The position numbers were made by a program, and so were the translations under genes. A DNA stretch of 64,000 nt from Felis catus (Eukaryota). Numbering within the stretch: position 1 is the first letter of the stretch; every line of letters begins with the position of its first letter. The notes beneath the pieces are model-generated. The model did not search any database. It was not told the origin of the DNA and worked only from the letters and a program-made list of their open reading frames with translations. The DNA is taken from assembly GCF_018350175.1 (NCBI RefSeq), contig NC_058368.1, positions 152,770,001 to 152,834,000 of the forward strand, in the 5' to 3' direction. Shown here in pieces: positions 63,836-64,000 of this stretch.

Positions 63836-64000
63836 TTTTATTAATAAAGCTCTTCAGTTTACATCTTCAAGTGCCTTCTGAGGTGGAGAGATGAGCGTCA
63901 ACAAAATGGGCCTGGAATGCTAGTTTGAATGGTTGTAGCTTGTAGTCATGTTGCTAGAGAATAGGGTATAAGGTGGGGAGCAATGGGAAATGACATTCAA

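Overview
AT-rich mammalian genomic DNA, almost certainly felid/feliform (Can-SINE SINEC_Fc-type and L1_Fc-type repeats). The whole window lies inside ADGRV1 (GPR98/VLGR1/MASS1/USH2C) on the + strand. I traced 26 internal coding exons (142..63005; probably human-equivalent exons ~28-53, numbering from memory) encoding tandem Calx-beta repeats and the EAR/EPTP repeat region. GT-AG phases agree at every junction except 41356/44241, which is 1 nt out of frame. Introns hold ~24 Can-SINEs, a nested and rearranged L1 cluster (22-25 kb), other L1s, two related Tc1/mariner-type MITEs, and old MIR/L2/LTR/hAT fragments. No RNA genes, CRISPR or foreign sequence were seen, and I cannot support a wholly new biological system. 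Best leads: the out-of-phase junction with three in-frame rescue sites; a PAN/apple-like module and the EAR region both inserted in the same Calx-beta loop; a perfect 106-bp inverted copy that puts an L1 poly(A) signal on the gene's sense strand; a MITE-junction GTAAGT donor giving an in-frame 16-aa extension; and the VLGR1c alternative donor. All coordinates were read by eye, and repeat boundaries are approximate.
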